Shown piece by piece: positions 1 through 10,958 of a stretch of 64,000 nucleotides of DNA. The stretch lies in the sequence record CP019900.1; one strand, 5' to 3'. This stretch comes from a plasmid. Every line of letters starts with the position of its first letter. Positions within the stretch are counted from its first letter, which is position 1. Made by a program: the position numbers and the translations under genes. The notes under the pieces are model-generated. The model worked only from the letters and a program-made list of their open reading frames with translations, had not been told where the DNA came from and did not search any database.

Positions 1-960
1 AATCACCAACTGGCCCACCTACAATAAAGCCCTCATCAACCGTGGCTCCATAACTTTCTGGCTGGATGATGAAGCTATTCAGGCCTGGTATGAGTCAGCA
101 ACACCTTCTTCACGAGGCAGACCTCAGCGCTATTCTGACCTTGCCATCACGACTGTGCTGGTCATTAAACGCGTATTCAGGCTGACCCTGCGCGCTGCGC
201 AGGGCTTTATTGATTCCATTTTTTCTCTGATGAACGTTCCGCTACGCTGCCCGGATTACAGCTGTGTCAGCAGGCGGGCAAAGTCGGTTAATGTCAGTTT
301 CAAAACGCCCACCCGGGGTGAAATCGCACACCTGGTAATTGATTCCACCGGGCTGAAGGTCTTCGGTGAAGGCGAGTGGAAAGTCAAAAAGCATGGCCAG
401 GAACGCCGCCGTATCTGGCGTAAGCTGCATCTCGCCGTTGACAGTAAAACACATGAAATCATCTGTGCAGACCTGTCGCTGAACAATGTGACGGACTCAG
501 AAGCCTTCCCGGGTCTTATCCGGCAGACTCACAGAAAAATCAGGGCAGCATCGGCAGACGGCGCTTACGACACCCGGCTCTGTCACGATGAACTGCGGCG
601 TAAGAAAATCAGCGCGCTTATCCCGCCCCGAAAAGGTGCGGGTTACTGGCCCGGTGAATATGCAGACCGTAACCGTGCAGTGGCTAATCAGCGAATGACC
701 GGGAGTAATGCGCGGTGGAAATGGACAACAGATTACAACCGTCGCTCGATAGCGGAAACGGCGATGTACCGGGTAAAACAGCTGTTCGGGGGTTCACTGA
801 CGCTGCGTGACTACGATGGTCAGGTTGCGGAGGCTATGGCCCTGGTACGAGCGCTGAACAAAATGACGAAAGCAGGTATGCCTGAAAGCGTGCGTATTGC
901 CTGAAAACACAACCCGCTACGGGGGAGACTTACCCGAAATCTGATTTATTCAACAAAGCC
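1..960 (+). mobile_element. IS903-like element (IS5 family), partial copy cut off by the window start. It is inserted in traD
   Basis: The transposase ORF (2..904) is nearly identical to the full copy at 27235..28203. The right terminal inverted repeat (reverse complement of GGCTTTGTTGAATAAATC) ends at 960, directly followed by traD-internal sequence. Confidence 0.9.
2..904 (+). CDS. IS903-family transposase (N-terminus lies outside the window)
   Basis: Translation matches IS903 Tnp (VIKRVFRLTLRAAQGFIDS...DYDGQVAEAMALVRALNKMTKAGMPESVRIA). It differs from copy 2 at a few residues (KTPTRG/DSKTHE versus KTFTRG/DSNTHE). Confidence 0.9.
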   Translation: MTNWPTYNKALINRGSITFWLDDEAIQAWYESATPSSRGRPQRYSDLAITTVLVIKRVFRLTLRAAQGFIDSIFSLMNVPLRCPDYSCVSRRAKSVNVSFKTPTRGEIAHLVIDSTGLKVFGEGEWKVKKHGQERRRIWRKLHLAVDSKTHEIICADLSLNNVTDSEAFPGLIRQTHRKIRAASADGAYDTRLCHDELRRKKISALIPPRKGAGYWPGEYADRNRAVANQRMTGSNARWKWTTDYNRRSIAETAMYRVKQLFGGSLTLRDYDGQVAEAMALVRALNKMTKAGMPESVRIA

Positions 961-962
961 GG

Positions 963-2626
963 CCATCATTTACGATCGCTCCTGTGAGTTCGTCAAAAGC
1001 TATTACGACCCGTCACTGGATAAAATCCTCAACCCGCTGGATTCGCGCTGCGCGGCCTGGGATTTGTGGAAAGAGTGCCTGACGCTGCCGGACTTCGACA
1101 ACATCTCCAACACCCTTATCCCGATGGGTACCAAAGAAGACCCGTTCTGGCAGGGCTCCGGTCGCACTATCTTTGCCGAAGGCGCGTATCTGATGCGCGA
1201 AGACGACGATCGCAGCTACGAGAAGCTGGTCGATACCATGCTGTCCATTAAAATCGACAAGCTGCGCGCCTATCTGCAGAACACGCCGGCAGCGAATCTG
1301 GTTGAAGAGAAAATTGAGAAAACCGCCATCTCCATTCGTGCCGTGCTGACCAACTACGTCAAGGCTATTCGCTACCTGCAGGGCATCGAGAAGAACGGGG
1401 AACCGTTCACTATTCGGGACTGGATGCGCGGTGTCCGTGAGGACAGACCCAATGGCTGGCTGTTTATCTCCTCCAACGCTGACACCCATGCTTCCCTGAA
1501 GCCGGTTATCTCGATGTGGCTGTCAATTGCCATCCGCGGCCTGCTGGCGATGGGGGAGAACCGTAACCGGCGCGTGTGGATATTCGCCGACGAGCTCCCC
1601 ACGCTGCACAAGCTGCCTGACCTGGTCGAAATCCTCCCTGAGGCGCGTAAATTTGGTGGTTGTTATGTGTTCGGTATTCAGTCCTATGCCCAGCTGGAAG
1701 ATATCTATGGCGTTAAGCCTGCCGCCACGCTCTTTGACGTAATGAATACCCGGGCCTTCTTCCGCTCCCCGAGTAAGGAGATCGCGGAGTTTGCTGCCGG
1801 TGAAATTGGCGAGAAGGAAATCCTCAAAGCCAGCGAGCAGTACTCTTACGGTGCTGACCCGGTGCGTGATGGTGTATCGACCGGGAAAGAAAAAGAGCGG
1901 GAAACGCTGGTCAGTTACTCCGATATTCAGACGCTGCCGGACCTGTCCTGTTACGTCACGCTGCCCGGACCGTATCCGGCCGTGAAGCTGGCCCTCAAAT
2001 ACAAGCCGCGTCCGAAAATTGCCGAGGGATTTATTCAGCGCCGACTCGATACGCGTGTTGACGCCCGCCTCAGTGCGCTGCTTGAAGCGCGTGAAGCTGA
2101 AGGCAGTCTTGCCAGGACGCTTTTTATGCCGGATGCGCCGGCATCCGGGCCCGCGGATACAAACAGTCACGCCGGTGAACAACCTGAGCCGATCAGTCAG
2201 CCTGCGCCAGCAGACATGACAGTATCTCCGGCACCGGTAAAAGCGCCGCCGACAACAAAGAGTCCGGCAGCGGAACCTTCCGTCAGAGCAACGGAGCCTC
2301 CCGTCCTGCGGGTCACGACCGTACCGTTGATCAAACCAAAAGCAGCCGCAGCGGCCACTGCTGCCTCAACAGCATCCTCTGCCGGTGCCCCTGCAGCAGC
2401 TGCAGGCGGGACAGAACAGGAACTGGCGCAGCAGTCCGCAGAGCAGGGGCAGGACATGCTTCCGGCCGGCATGAACGAGGACGGTGTGATTGAAGATATG
2501 CAGGCGTATGACGCCTGGGCAGATGAGCAGACACAGCGGGATATGCAGCGGCGTGAAGAGGTCAATATCAACCACAGCCACCGCCACGATGAACAGGATG
2601 ATGTCGAGATTGGGGGGAACTTCTGA
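963..2626 (+). pseudogene. traD: traD coupling protein, 3' portion only; the 5' part is separated by the IS903 insertion
   Basis: The frame is open from 963 ([40 protein letters not shown]...). Strong recall match to F TraD including the C-terminal Q/P-rich tail and ...[22 protein letters not shown]. The listed ORF (1064) uses an internal TTG. Confidence 0.9.
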
Positions 2627-5600
2627 TGATGTCGATTGGCTCCGTTAAATCGGCGGGCAGTGCCGGTAATTACTATACGGATAAGGATAATTACTACGTC
2701 ATAGGGAGCATGGACGAACGCTGGCAGGGTAAGGGGGCTGAGGCGCTGGGGATCGACGGGAAAGCCGTGGATAAGGCGCTGTTTACGGAACTGCTGAAAG
2801 GGAAGCTGCCGGATGGCAGCGACCTGACCCGGATACAGGACGGCGCCAACAAGCACCGGCCCGGTTATGACCTGACCTTCTCGGCCCCCAAAAGCGTGTC
2901 GGTCATGGCGATGCTGGGCGGCGATAAACGCCTTATCGATGCCCACAACCAGGCGGTAACCGAAGCGGTGCGGCAACTGGAGACGCTGGCCGCGACCCGG
3001 GCCATGACGGACGGTAAAAGCGAAACGGTGCTGACCGGAAATCTGATTGTGGCGAAATTCAACCACGACACGAACCGTAACCAGGAACCTCAGATACACA
3101 CCCATGCCGTCGTCATTAACGCCACGCAGAACGGGGACAAATGGCAGTCTCTCGGCACAGATAAGATCGGTAAAACAGGTTTTATCGAAAACGTGTACGC
3201 GAACCAGATAGCGTTCGGGAAGCTGTACCGGGAGGCGTTCAAACCCCTGGTTGAGAAGCTTGGCTATGAGACGGAAGTTGTGGGCAAACACGGGATGTGG
3301 GAGATGAAAGGGGTCCCTGTGGAACCGTTCTCCACCCGGTCTCAGGAGGTCAGGGAGGCCGCAGGGCCCGATGCATCCCTGAAGTCCCGGGATGTGGCCG
3401 CGCTCGATACCCGCAAGTCGAAAGAAGCCATCGATCCGGCAGAGAAGATGGTGGAGTGGATGAACACGCTGAAGGAGACCGGATTTGACATCCGGGGGTA
3501 CCGTGAGGCCGCCGATGCGCGAGCCGCAGAGCTGGCCTGTGCACCTGCCGCGCCGGTGAACACTGACGGTCCGGATATCACGGATGTGGTGACGAAAGCG
3601 ATTGCCGGTCTCAGCGACCGCAAGGTGCAGTTCACGTATGCCGACCTGCTGGCACGCACGGTCGGCCAGCTGGAGGCGAAGGACGGTGTGTTTGAGCTGG
3701 CGAGAAAGGGCATCGATGCCGCCATTGAACGGGAGCAGCTTATCCCTCTCGATCGCGAGAAAGGCCTGTTCACCTCAAACATCCACGTTCTCGATGAACT
3801 CGCCGTCAAAGCCCTGAGTCAGGAGGTGCAGCGCCATAATCATGTCTCAGTCACGCCTGATGCGTCTGTGGTGCGCCAGGTCCCTTTCAGCGATGCCGTC
3901 AGCGTGCTGGCGCAGGATCGCCCGGTAATGGGTATCGTTTCCGGTCAGGGCGGTGCAACCGGCCAGCGGGAGCGGGTGGCCGAGTTAACCCTGATGGCCC
4001 GGGAGCAGGGGCGTGACGTCCATATCCTGGCGGCCGATAACCGCTCACGTGATTTTCTCGCCGGTGATGTGCGTCTGGCCGGGGAAACGGTGACCGGTAA
4101 ATCCGCCCTGCAGGACGGGACGGCGTTTATTCCAGGCGGAACACTCATCGTGGATCAGGCGGAGAAGCTGAGCCTGAAGGAAACGATTTCCCTGCTCGAT
4201 GGCGCGATGCGCCATAACGTGCAGGTCCTGCTCTCCGACAGCGGGAAGCGCAGCGGGACCGGCAGCGCGCTGACGGTGCTGAAGGACAGCGGCGTGAATA
4301 CGTATCGCTGGCAGGGTGGCCATCAGACCACAGCCGACATCATCAGTGAACCGGATAAAGGAGCACGCTACAGCCGGCTGGCACAGGAGTTTGCCGTCAG
4401 CGTGCGTGAAGGGCAGGAAAGCGTGGCCCAAATCAGCGGGACGCGTGAACAGAGCGTACTCAACGGCCTTATCCGTGACTCCCTCAGACATGAGGGGGTG
4501 CTGGGTGAGAAAGACACGACCATTACAGCCCTGACGCCGGTGTGGCTGGACAGCAAAAGCCGGGGCGTGCGGGATTATTACCGGGAGGGGATGGTGATGG
4601 AACGCTGGGATCCGGAGAACCGGACGCATGATCGCTTTGTCATTGACCGGGTGACCGCGAGCAGCAATATGCTGACCCTGAAAGACCGGGAAGGGGTCCG
4701 TCTGGATCTGAAGGTTTCCGCGGTCGACAGCCAGTGGACGCTGTTCCGGGCAGATACACTGCCGGTGGCAGAGGGGGAACGTCTGGCGGTGCTCGGGAAG
4801 ATACCGGACACACGCCTGAAGGGCGGGGAAAGCATCACGGTGATGAAAGTGGAGGACGGGCAGCTGACGGTACAGCGGCCGGGGCAGAAAACCACGCAGA
4901 CCCTGGCCGTGGGCGCGGGCGTGTTTGACGGTATTAAAATCGGCCACGGCTGGGTGGAAAGTCCCGGCAGGTCGGTTAGCGAGACGGCAACGGTCTTTGC
5001 GTCGGTGACGCAGCGTGAGCTGGATAACGCCACCCTCAACCAGCTGGCGCAGAGCGGAAGTCATCTCCGGCTGTACTCGGCGCAGGATGCTGCGCGCACG
5101 ACTGAGAAGCTGTCGCGGCATACCGCCTTCAGCGTGGTCTCAGAGCAGCTGAAGACCCGATCCGGAGAGACGGACCTGGATGCGGCCATTGCGCAGCAGA
5201 AGGCCGGACTGCATACCCCGGCAGAACAGGCCATTCACCTGTCCATCCCGCTGCTAGAGAGCCAGGACCTGACCTTCACCCGCCCCCAGCTGCTGGCGAC
5301 GGCACTGGAAACCGGGGGTGATAAGGTCCCGATGTGGTCTATTGAGATGACCATTAAGAAACAAATCAAGTCCGGACAGTTGCTGAATGTCGGTGTCTCC
5401 CCGGGCCACGGTAACGACCTGCTGATATCCCGTCAGACCTGGGATGCCGAGAAAAGCATCCTGACCCGGGTGCTGGAAGGCAAAGACGCGGTGGCCCCCC
5501 TGATGGACCGCGTGCCGGCCAGTCTGATGACGGACCTGACCGCCGGACAGCGGGCGGCGACCCGGATGATTCTGGAAACCCCGGACCGGTTCACGGTGGT

Positions 5601-7887
5601 TCAGGGGTATGCCGGGGTGGGGAAAACCACCCAGTTCCGGGCAGTCATGAGTGCCATCAGTCTGCTGCCGGAAGAGACCCGCCCGCATGTCATCGGTCTG
5701 GGGCCGACGCATCGTGCGGTCGGGGAAATGCAGAGTGCCGGCGTGGACGCGCGCACGACGGCGTCGTTCCTCCACGACACGCAGCTGCTGCAGCGCAATG
5801 GCCAGACACCCGATTTCAGCAACACGCTGTTTCTGCTCGATGAGAGTTCGATGGTGGGGTTGTCAGACACGGCGAAAGCCCTGAGCCTGATTGCGGCCGG
5901 GGGAGGTCGCGCAGTGCTCAGCGGAGATACCGACCAGCTGCAGTCCATTTCGCCGGGCCAGCCGTTCAGGCTGATGCAGCAGCGCAGCGCCGCCGACGTT
6001 GCCATCATGAAAGAGATTGTGCGCCAGGTGCCTGAGCTGAGACCAGCGGTCTACAGCCTGATTGACCGGGATATAGATCGTGCTCTGGCCACCATCGAGC
6101 AGGTCACGCCGGAGCGAGTACCGAGGAAAGAAGGCGCCTGGGTGCCGGGCAGTTCAGTGGTGGAATTCACGCCGACGCAGGAAGAGGAGATACGTAAGGC
6201 GCTGAGCAAGGGGGAAAGCCTGCCGGCAGGCCAGCCCGCGACGCTCTACGAGGCACTGGTGAAGGACTATACCGGACGGACCCCGGAGGCACAGTCGCAG
6301 ACGCTGATTATAACCCATCTGAATAATGACCGGCGGGCACTGAACGGTCTGATTCATGAAGCGAGGCGGGAGAACGGGGAAACTGGCAGGGAGGAAGTCA
6401 CCCTGCCGGTGCTGGTCACGAGCAACATCCGTGACGGTGAACTGCGCAAACTGTCGACCTGGACAGCTCACAAGGGGGCGGTGGCGCTGGTTGATAACGT
6501 ATACCACCGTATCGACAATGTGGATAAGGATAATCAGCTGATCACCCTGACTGACAGTGAAGGAAAGGAGCGATATATCTCTCCCCGTGAAGCCTCTGCT
6601 GAAGGTGTGACGCTTTATCGCCAGGAAGAGATCACCGTGTCTCAGGGGGACAGAATGCGTTTCAGCAAGAGTGACCCGGAACGCGGCTATGTGGCCAACA
6701 GCGTCTGGGAGGTGCAGTCTGTTTCGGGTGACAGTGTCACGCTTTCTGATGGCAAAACTACCCGCACGCTGACCCCGAAGGCGGATGAAGCACAGCAGCA
6801 CATCGACCTCGCCTACGCCATCACGGCTCACGGCGCCCAGGGGGCCAGCGAACCGTATGCCATCGCGCTGGAGGGTATGGTGGGGGCGCGAAAACTAATG
6901 GCCAGCTTCGAGTCTGCTTACGTGGGATTGTCCCGCATGAAACAGCATGTGCAGGTCTATACCGACAGACGCGAGGGCTGGATAAAGGCCATCCAGCATT
7001 CACCTGAGAAAGCGACGGCGCACGATATTCTTGAACCCCGTAACGACCGGGCGGTGAAAACAGCCGATCTTCTGTTCGGGCGGGCAAGGCCACTGGATGA
7101 AACCGCCGCTGGCCGGGCAGCCCTGCAGCAGTCCGGTCTGGCACAGGGAAATTCACCAGGAAAATTCATTTCTCCGGGGAAAAAGTACCCTCAACCGCAT
7201 GTGGCGCTGCCGGCATTTGATAAAAACGGGAAAGCCGCCGGTATCTGGCTCAGCCAGCTGACCGATCGGGACGGACGGCTGGAGGCCATCGGCGGAGAGG
7301 GACGGATTATGGGCAATGACGCCGCCCGGTTCGTGGCGCTGCAGAACAGCCGCAATGGTGAAAGCCTGCTGGCCGGGAATATGGGGGAGGGCGTCAGAAT
7401 GGCACGCGACAATCCCGATACCGGAGTGGTGGTGCGGCTGGCCGGTGATGACCGCCCCTGGAACCCCGGGGCCATCACCGGCGGGCGGGTATGGGCTGAT
7501 CCGGCGCCGGTGGCTCCGGTACCGCAGGCCGGGGCTGACATTATCCTCCCGCCAGAGGTACTGGCACAGCGGGCGGCAGAAGAGCAGCAGCGCCGCGAAA
7601 TGGAAAAACAGGCGGAACAGACTGCCCGGGAAGTGGCCGGGGAGGCGCGTAAAGCCGGCGAGCCGGCGGACCGGGTGAAAGAGGTTATCGGGGACGTCAT
7701 CCGCGGACTGGAGCGTGACCGGCCGGGCCCGGAGAAAACGACGCTACCGGATGATCCTAAGTTCCGGCGCCAGGAGGCGGCGATTCAGCAGGTGGCTTCA
7801 GAAAGTCTGCAACGTGAGCGTCTGCAGGCTGTGGAGCGGGACATGGTGCGCGACCTGAACCGCGAGAAAACCCTCGGGGGCGACTGA
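2626..7887 (+). CDS. traI: TraI relaxase/DNA helicase I (MOBF family), full length ~1753 aa
   Basis: The N-terminus MMSIGSVKSAGSAGNYYTDKDNYYV..., the HTHAVV 3-His motif, the GYAGVGKTT Walker A and the C-terminal ...MVRDLNREKTLGGD are collinear with F TraI. Its start overlaps the traD stop (TGATGATG). Confidence 0.97.
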   Translation: MMSIGSVKSAGSAGNYYTDKDNYYVIGSMDERWQGKGAEALGIDGKAVDKALFTELLKGKLPDGSDLTRIQDGANKHRPGYDLTFSAPKSVSVMAMLGGDKRLIDAHNQAVTEAVRQLETLAATRAMTDGKSETVLTGNLIVAKFNHDTNRNQEPQIHTHAVVINATQNGDKWQSLGTDKIGKTGFIENVYANQIAFGKLYREAFKPLVEKLGYETEVVGKHGMWEMKGVPVEPFSTRSQEVREAAGPDASLKSRDVAALDTRKSKEAIDPAEKMVEWMNTLKETGFDIRGYREAADARAAELACAPAAPVNTDGPDITDVVTKAIAGLSDRKVQFTYADLLARTVGQLEAKDGVFELARKGIDAAIEREQLIPLDREKGLFTSNIHVLDELAVKALSQEVQRHNHVSVTPDASVVRQVPFSDAVSVLAQDRPVMGIVSGQGGATGQRERVAELTLMAREQGRDVHILAADNRSRDFLAGDVRLAGETVTGKSALQDGTAFIPGGTLIVDQAEKLSLKETISLLDGAMRHNVQVLLSDSGKRSGTGSALTVLKDSGVNTYRWQGGHQTTADIISEPDKGARYSRLAQEFAVSVREGQESVAQISGTREQSVLNGLIRDSLRHEGVLGEKDTTITALTPVWLDSKSRGVRDYYREGMVMERWDPENRTHDRFVIDRVTASSNMLTLKDREGVRLDLKVSAVDSQWTLFRADTLPVAEGERLAVLGKIPDTRLKGGESITVMKVEDGQLTVQRPGQKTTQTLAVGAGVFDGIKIGHGWVESPGRSVSETATVFASVTQRELDNATLNQLAQSGSHLRLYSAQDAARTTEKLSRHTAFSVVSEQLKTRSGETDLDAAIAQQKAGLHTPAEQAIHLSIPLLESQDLTFTRPQLLATALETGGDKVPMWSIEMTIKKQIKSGQLLNVGVSPGHGNDLLISRQTWDAEKSILTRVLEGKDAVAPLMDRVPASLMTDLTAGQRAATRMILETPDRFTVVQGYAGVGKTTQFRAVMSAISLLPEETRPHVIGLGPTHRAVGEMQSAGVDARTTASFLHDTQLLQRNGQTPDFSNTLFLLDESSMVGLSDTAKALSLIAAGGGRAVLSGDTDQLQSISPGQPFRLMQQRSAADVAIMKEIVRQVPELRPAVYSLIDRDIDRALATIEQVTPERVPRKEGAWVPGSSVVEFTPTQEEEIRKALSKGESLPAGQPATLYEALVKDYTGRTPEAQSQTLIITHLNNDRRALNGLIHEARRENGETGREEVTLPVLVTSNIRDGELRKLSTWTAHKGAVALVDNVYHRIDNVDKDNQLITLTDSEGKERYISPREASAEGVTLYRQEEITVSQGDRMRFSKSDPERGYVANSVWEVQSVSGDSVTLSDGKTTRTLTPKADEAQQHIDLAYAITAHGAQGASEPYAIALEGMVGARKLMASFESAYVGLSRMKQHVQVYTDRREGWIKAIQHSPEKATAHDILEPRNDRAVKTADLLFGRARPLDETAAGRAALQQSGLAQGNSPGKFISPGKKYPQPHVALPAFDKNGKAAGIWLSQLTDRDGRLEAIGGEGRIMGNDAARFVALQNSRNGESLLAGNMGEGVRMARDNPDTGVVVRLAGDDRPWNPGAITGGRVWADPAPVAPVPQAGADIILPPEVLAQRAAEEQQRREMEKQAEQTAREVAGEARKAGEPADRVKEVIGDVIRGLERDRPGPEKTTLPDDPKFRRQEAAIQQVASESLQRERLQAVERDMVRDLNREKTLGGD

Positions 7888-7976
7888 CGCGCCTGCGGCT
7901 TGTCTGCCCCGGTAGGGCCTCCGGTTAACACCGGGCACCCTGCCGGGGCGCGGTAAAAAGAGAGAAGGATACAGAG

Positions 7977-8702
7977 ATGACAGCACACACAGTGGGTTTC
8001 AGAGCCGCTGACCGCTGGCTGCAGGCATTACTGACCTGGACACCGGGTCAGACGGATATGATTAAAACGGTGGCCCTGGTCCTGATGGTCACCGACCATG
8101 CCGGGTTACTGCTGGCACACAATAACGAGATAATGCGCATGCTGGGACGCGGTTGTTTTCCGCTGTTCGGTCTGGCATGGGGAATGAATCTGGCCCGGCA
8201 CGCGGAAATACGCCAGTCGCAGCTGAACAGCCTGTGGGGCTGGGCGCTGGTTGCCCAGGTGTCGTTTATGCTCATCGGGTACCCGTGGTATACCGGGAAT
8301 ATTCTGTTCGCCTTTGCCGTCACGGGCCAGGTCCTGCGGTGGGTCAGCCAGCCGTCCTGGTATTACACCCTCCCGGCTGTTGGACTGCTGGTCGTCTGGA
8401 TACCCCTGTCAACCGGCAGCTACGGCATGGCCGGAGTGGGCATGCTCACCGCCAGCTGGCTGCTTTGTCGCGCACAGCATGCACCGGAACGGCTGGGATA
8501 CGGGGTGCTGTGGGCCCTCATGGTGTTGCTGATGAATATGCATGACGTGAGTGAATCGGTGGCCGGGCTGGCGATTGCGCTGCTGACGCTGATGGTGTGT
8601 TCATCTGCCGGAGAACGTGTGAAACGCTTCTGGCCACGGCAGTTCTTCGTGATGTTCTATGCCGTGCACCTAGCGGTACTGGGTATTGTCGTCTCAATGT
8701 GA
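7977..8702 (+). CDS. traX: TraX, F-pilin N-acetylase (membrane protein)
   Basis: Collinear with F TraX (WLQALLTWTPGQTDMIKTVALVLMV...NILFAFAV...FYAVHLAVLG). It sits downstream of traI as in F-like tra operons. Confidence 0.9.
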   Translation: MTAHTVGFRAADRWLQALLTWTPGQTDMIKTVALVLMVTDHAGLLLAHNNEIMRMLGRGCFPLFGLAWGMNLARHAEIRQSQLNSLWGWALVAQVSFMLIGYPWYTGNILFAFAVTGQVLRWVSQPSWYYTLPAVGLLVVWIPLSTGSYGMAGVGMLTASWLLCRAQHAPERLGYGVLWALMVLLMNMHDVSESVAGLAIALLTLMVCSSAGERVKRFWPRQFFVMFYAVHLAVLGIVVSM

Positions 8703-8773
8703 ATGCAGGAACAGGAAAGGGCGATGTCGTTCAGGTATAGTAGCTCTTATTAACTGAACGATAGGCAATTGTT

Positions 8774-9370
8774 ATGGCAGAAGAAAAACGCCCTGTACTG
8801 AGCCTGAAAAGAAAACCGGCGGAGAACAGTACGACCTCCGCAGAGGCGACCCCTGCTCCTGGTGTGGTGCGCCGAAAGAAGGTCGTGGTGGTCTCGTCCC
8901 CGCCAGCCTGGAAGGCAAAGAAAGCGAAACTTGAGAAGGTTAAACCAGCGGCCGAAGCCGCCGCGCGCAACGCTGCGACGGTGCCGGTTAAAGCGGTAAA
9001 GACGCCACCTCCGGTGCGTTATCTTCGCCTGCTGCCGCCGGAACAGGCCATCATGACCCTCAAGGCGTTCTGGCCACAGCTGTTCGACGGAAACTCCCCC
9101 CGTCTGCTGGCAACAGGAATGCGCGAACAGCTGTTTTCCGACATAGTGAACCGCGACCTGCCGCTGTCGCATAAACAGGTGATTAAGTGCCTGAAGAGTC
9201 TGACCCGGTCTGCGGGCTATCTGTCCCGGATGAAGGTGGGAGCTTCCCGCTATGATCTGCAGGGGAACGCCGTCGCGACCGTCACTGCAGAGGAAGCGCA
9301 GTACGCCAGTGAGCGCATGATGAAAGAACTCATGCGAACTGAGCGTATGCGGAGCCAGTCTGCTGACTGA
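8774..9370 (+). CDS. finO: FinO RNA chaperone (fertility inhibition)
   Basis: N-terminal MAEEKRPVLSLKRK, lysine-rich segment and C-terminal helical domain (LKAFWPQLFDG...LPLSHKQVIKCLKSLTRSAGYL) resemble FinO. It is in the expected position after traX. Confidence 0.9.
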   Translation: MAEEKRPVLSLKRKPAENSTTSAEATPAPGVVRRKKVVVVSSPPAWKAKKAKLEKVKPAAEAAARNAATVPVKAVKTPPPVRYLRLLPPEQAIMTLKAFWPQLFDGNSPRLLATGMREQLFSDIVNRDLPLSHKQVIKCLKSLTRSAGYLSRMKVGASRYDLQGNAVATVTAEEAQYASERMMKELMRTERMRSQSAD

Positions 9371-9389
9371 ATACAACAGAGGTGAGGAA

Positions 9390-9737
9390 ATGGATTTTGA
9401 AGCGCGGAAACAAAAGGCGCTGGCGATAATGGCCAGCCGTAAGATGTGGAAAAGCAATTATGCACCGCTTCTGATACGACTGTTGTGGCGGCTGGGGATA
9501 AACATTCCCCCGCTGCCGTTTGCTCCGCTCTGGCAGGTTTTTGGCGTGATGACAGGCTCTTTCTCCGTCGGATACGGACTGTGGATGTACTGGATGGTGT
9601 GGCGGGCCCAGGGGATGCCACCCCTGTTCGCTTGCAAAATCAGTCTTATCGCGGGCGTATTATTTGGCCTGACGATGGCACTGTTTCATCTTTGGCGGCG
9701 AAAGGTGAATAAATTACCTGACTGGAAAGATTTATAA
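9390..9737 (+). CDS. hypothetical small membrane protein (2 predicted transmembrane segments)
   Basis: ORF with a GAGG ribosome-binding site 8 nt upstream and hydrophobic segments (PLLIRLLWRLGINIPPLPFAPLWQVFGVMTGSF; ISLIAGVLFGLTMALF). No recognisable family. Confidence 0.45.
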   Translation: MDFEARKQKALAIMASRKMWKSNYAPLLIRLLWRLGINIPPLPFAPLWQVFGVMTGSFSVGYGLWMYWMVWRAQGMPPLFACKISLIAGVLFGLTMALFHLWRRKVNKLPDWKDL

Positions 9738-10189
9738 CGGAATAAATATAGGCTGTCAGGTGGGGGATATTCCCGATCTGACAGATTCCACATCCTCTTA
9801 AAAAACATTAACCCTGTATGGTGCGGTTATTATATGTGACTGCGTCCGTACTGGTGTTACTCTTGTCCGGAAAGGTCTGTTGTTTTTCTTATTGTCTCAT
9901 AGTCAGAAAAATATATTCAAACGAAAGAGAGGTAAAAGGGTGAAAGGCGTTGTGGCTGAGGCGTGTGTGTTGCCCAGGTATGGGCAGGCGCGAAGAATTA
10001 CAAGCCGTTCGGTATACTGAATGGCCGATTCGGGACTGCCTCGTCCCCGGGGTATGTGACGTTTATAAGTGCTCAATTTTCAATTTAAATCATCCACTTT
10101 CAGAATTTAACTGATTTCAATATTTTCATTGCATCACGACGGGTGATTTATGAAATGCACAGGCATTCTTATCGAGCGCTAATTATCAA

Positions 10190-10852
10190 ATGGAAAGGAA
10201 TGTTACTATGTTTAAATATTTTATTCTGCGCACACAGCAGCAGCTGTTCTGTTATTTCTGCGGTATCGTGCTTGCGATGGTTCTTATGCTCCTGTTCCCT
10301 TCTGTTTTACGGGGGAGTGGGTTTTATCTGCTTTTATCGTCTGTTGCGCTGTTCTGGGCAGGCCTTGCCCTTTATACCCGTCACATCGACCGGATGAGAA
10401 AGCCAGAGGTCACACCGCTGGTCAGTATTCGCGACGGTATTCAGGTGGTGGCCGAGGTGCCGCGCCATGAAAAGGCCCGACTGGAATGGGAAATACTCCG
10501 GGATGATGAGGTGTTTCGCCAGCAAAGGTGGGAGCTTACTGGCCTGACCGGACGGGTTATCAGCCGGGGGCTGTTGTATACGCCGGCGGTGATGCTGGGC
10601 GGTATCGGTATTCTCGCCTGGGGTTCCCCACAGGATGCCATCCGGCTGATTAATGCTCTTCGTAATATGCCTGCTGCGGAACTGGTGCATCAGATTGGTT
10701 TTGTCCTGTGCCTCTTCCTGCAGATTAGCGTCATATCAGTTCTGATTGCTGATGTTGTAGCCGGGAGAGGATTACCGAATGTATTTCGCCGCGCGTTGCT
10801 CGACAGGCTGCCGGCAGAGTTCTGCCTTATCAGAAGAGGGACAGAAAGATGA
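10190..10852 (+). CDS. hypothetical membrane protein
   Basis: ORF preceded by an AT-rich promoter-like tract (10040..10189). Several hydrophobic helices. No recognisable family. Confidence 0.45.
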   Translation: MERNVTMFKYFILRTQQQLFCYFCGIVLAMVLMLLFPSVLRGSGFYLLLSSVALFWAGLALYTRHIDRMRKPEVTPLVSIRDGIQVVAEVPRHEKARLEWEILRDDEVFRQQRWELTGLTGRVISRGLLYTPAVMLGGIGILAWGSPQDAIRLINALRNMPAAELVHQIGFVLCLFLQISVISVLIADVVAGRGLPNVFRRALLDRLPAEFCLIRRGTER

Positions 10853-10958
10853 GGAAGACGACAGGTCTAACCATCAGCGCGATTGCCCGTGAATTCAATA
10901 CTACACGACAGACCATTCTCAGAGTAAGAGCGGCAATGGAAGACTCTAACCCTTTGTA
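10849..10958 (+). pseudogene. remnant of a serine recombinase (resolvase/invertase) C-terminal helix-turn-helix
   Basis: The 36-aa ORF MRKTTGLTISAIAREFNTTRQTILRVRAAMEDSNPL carries the typical resolvase HTH signature (SAIAREFNTTRQTILRV). No catalytic domain is present. Confidence 0.5.

Noticed and set aside
1064-2626. The 520-aa ORF as an independent gene starting at 1064
   Set aside because: The frame is open back to the IS903 boundary at 963 and matches TraD continuously. The 1064 start is an internal TTG.
2197-7700. Numerous 60-360 aa ORFs on the minus strand and in alternate frames within traI (e.g. 2197..3291, 4045..5121, 6154..6831)
   Set aside because: They are shadow ORFs of a long high-GC gene. 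They lack start contexts and overlap a strongly supported coding frame.
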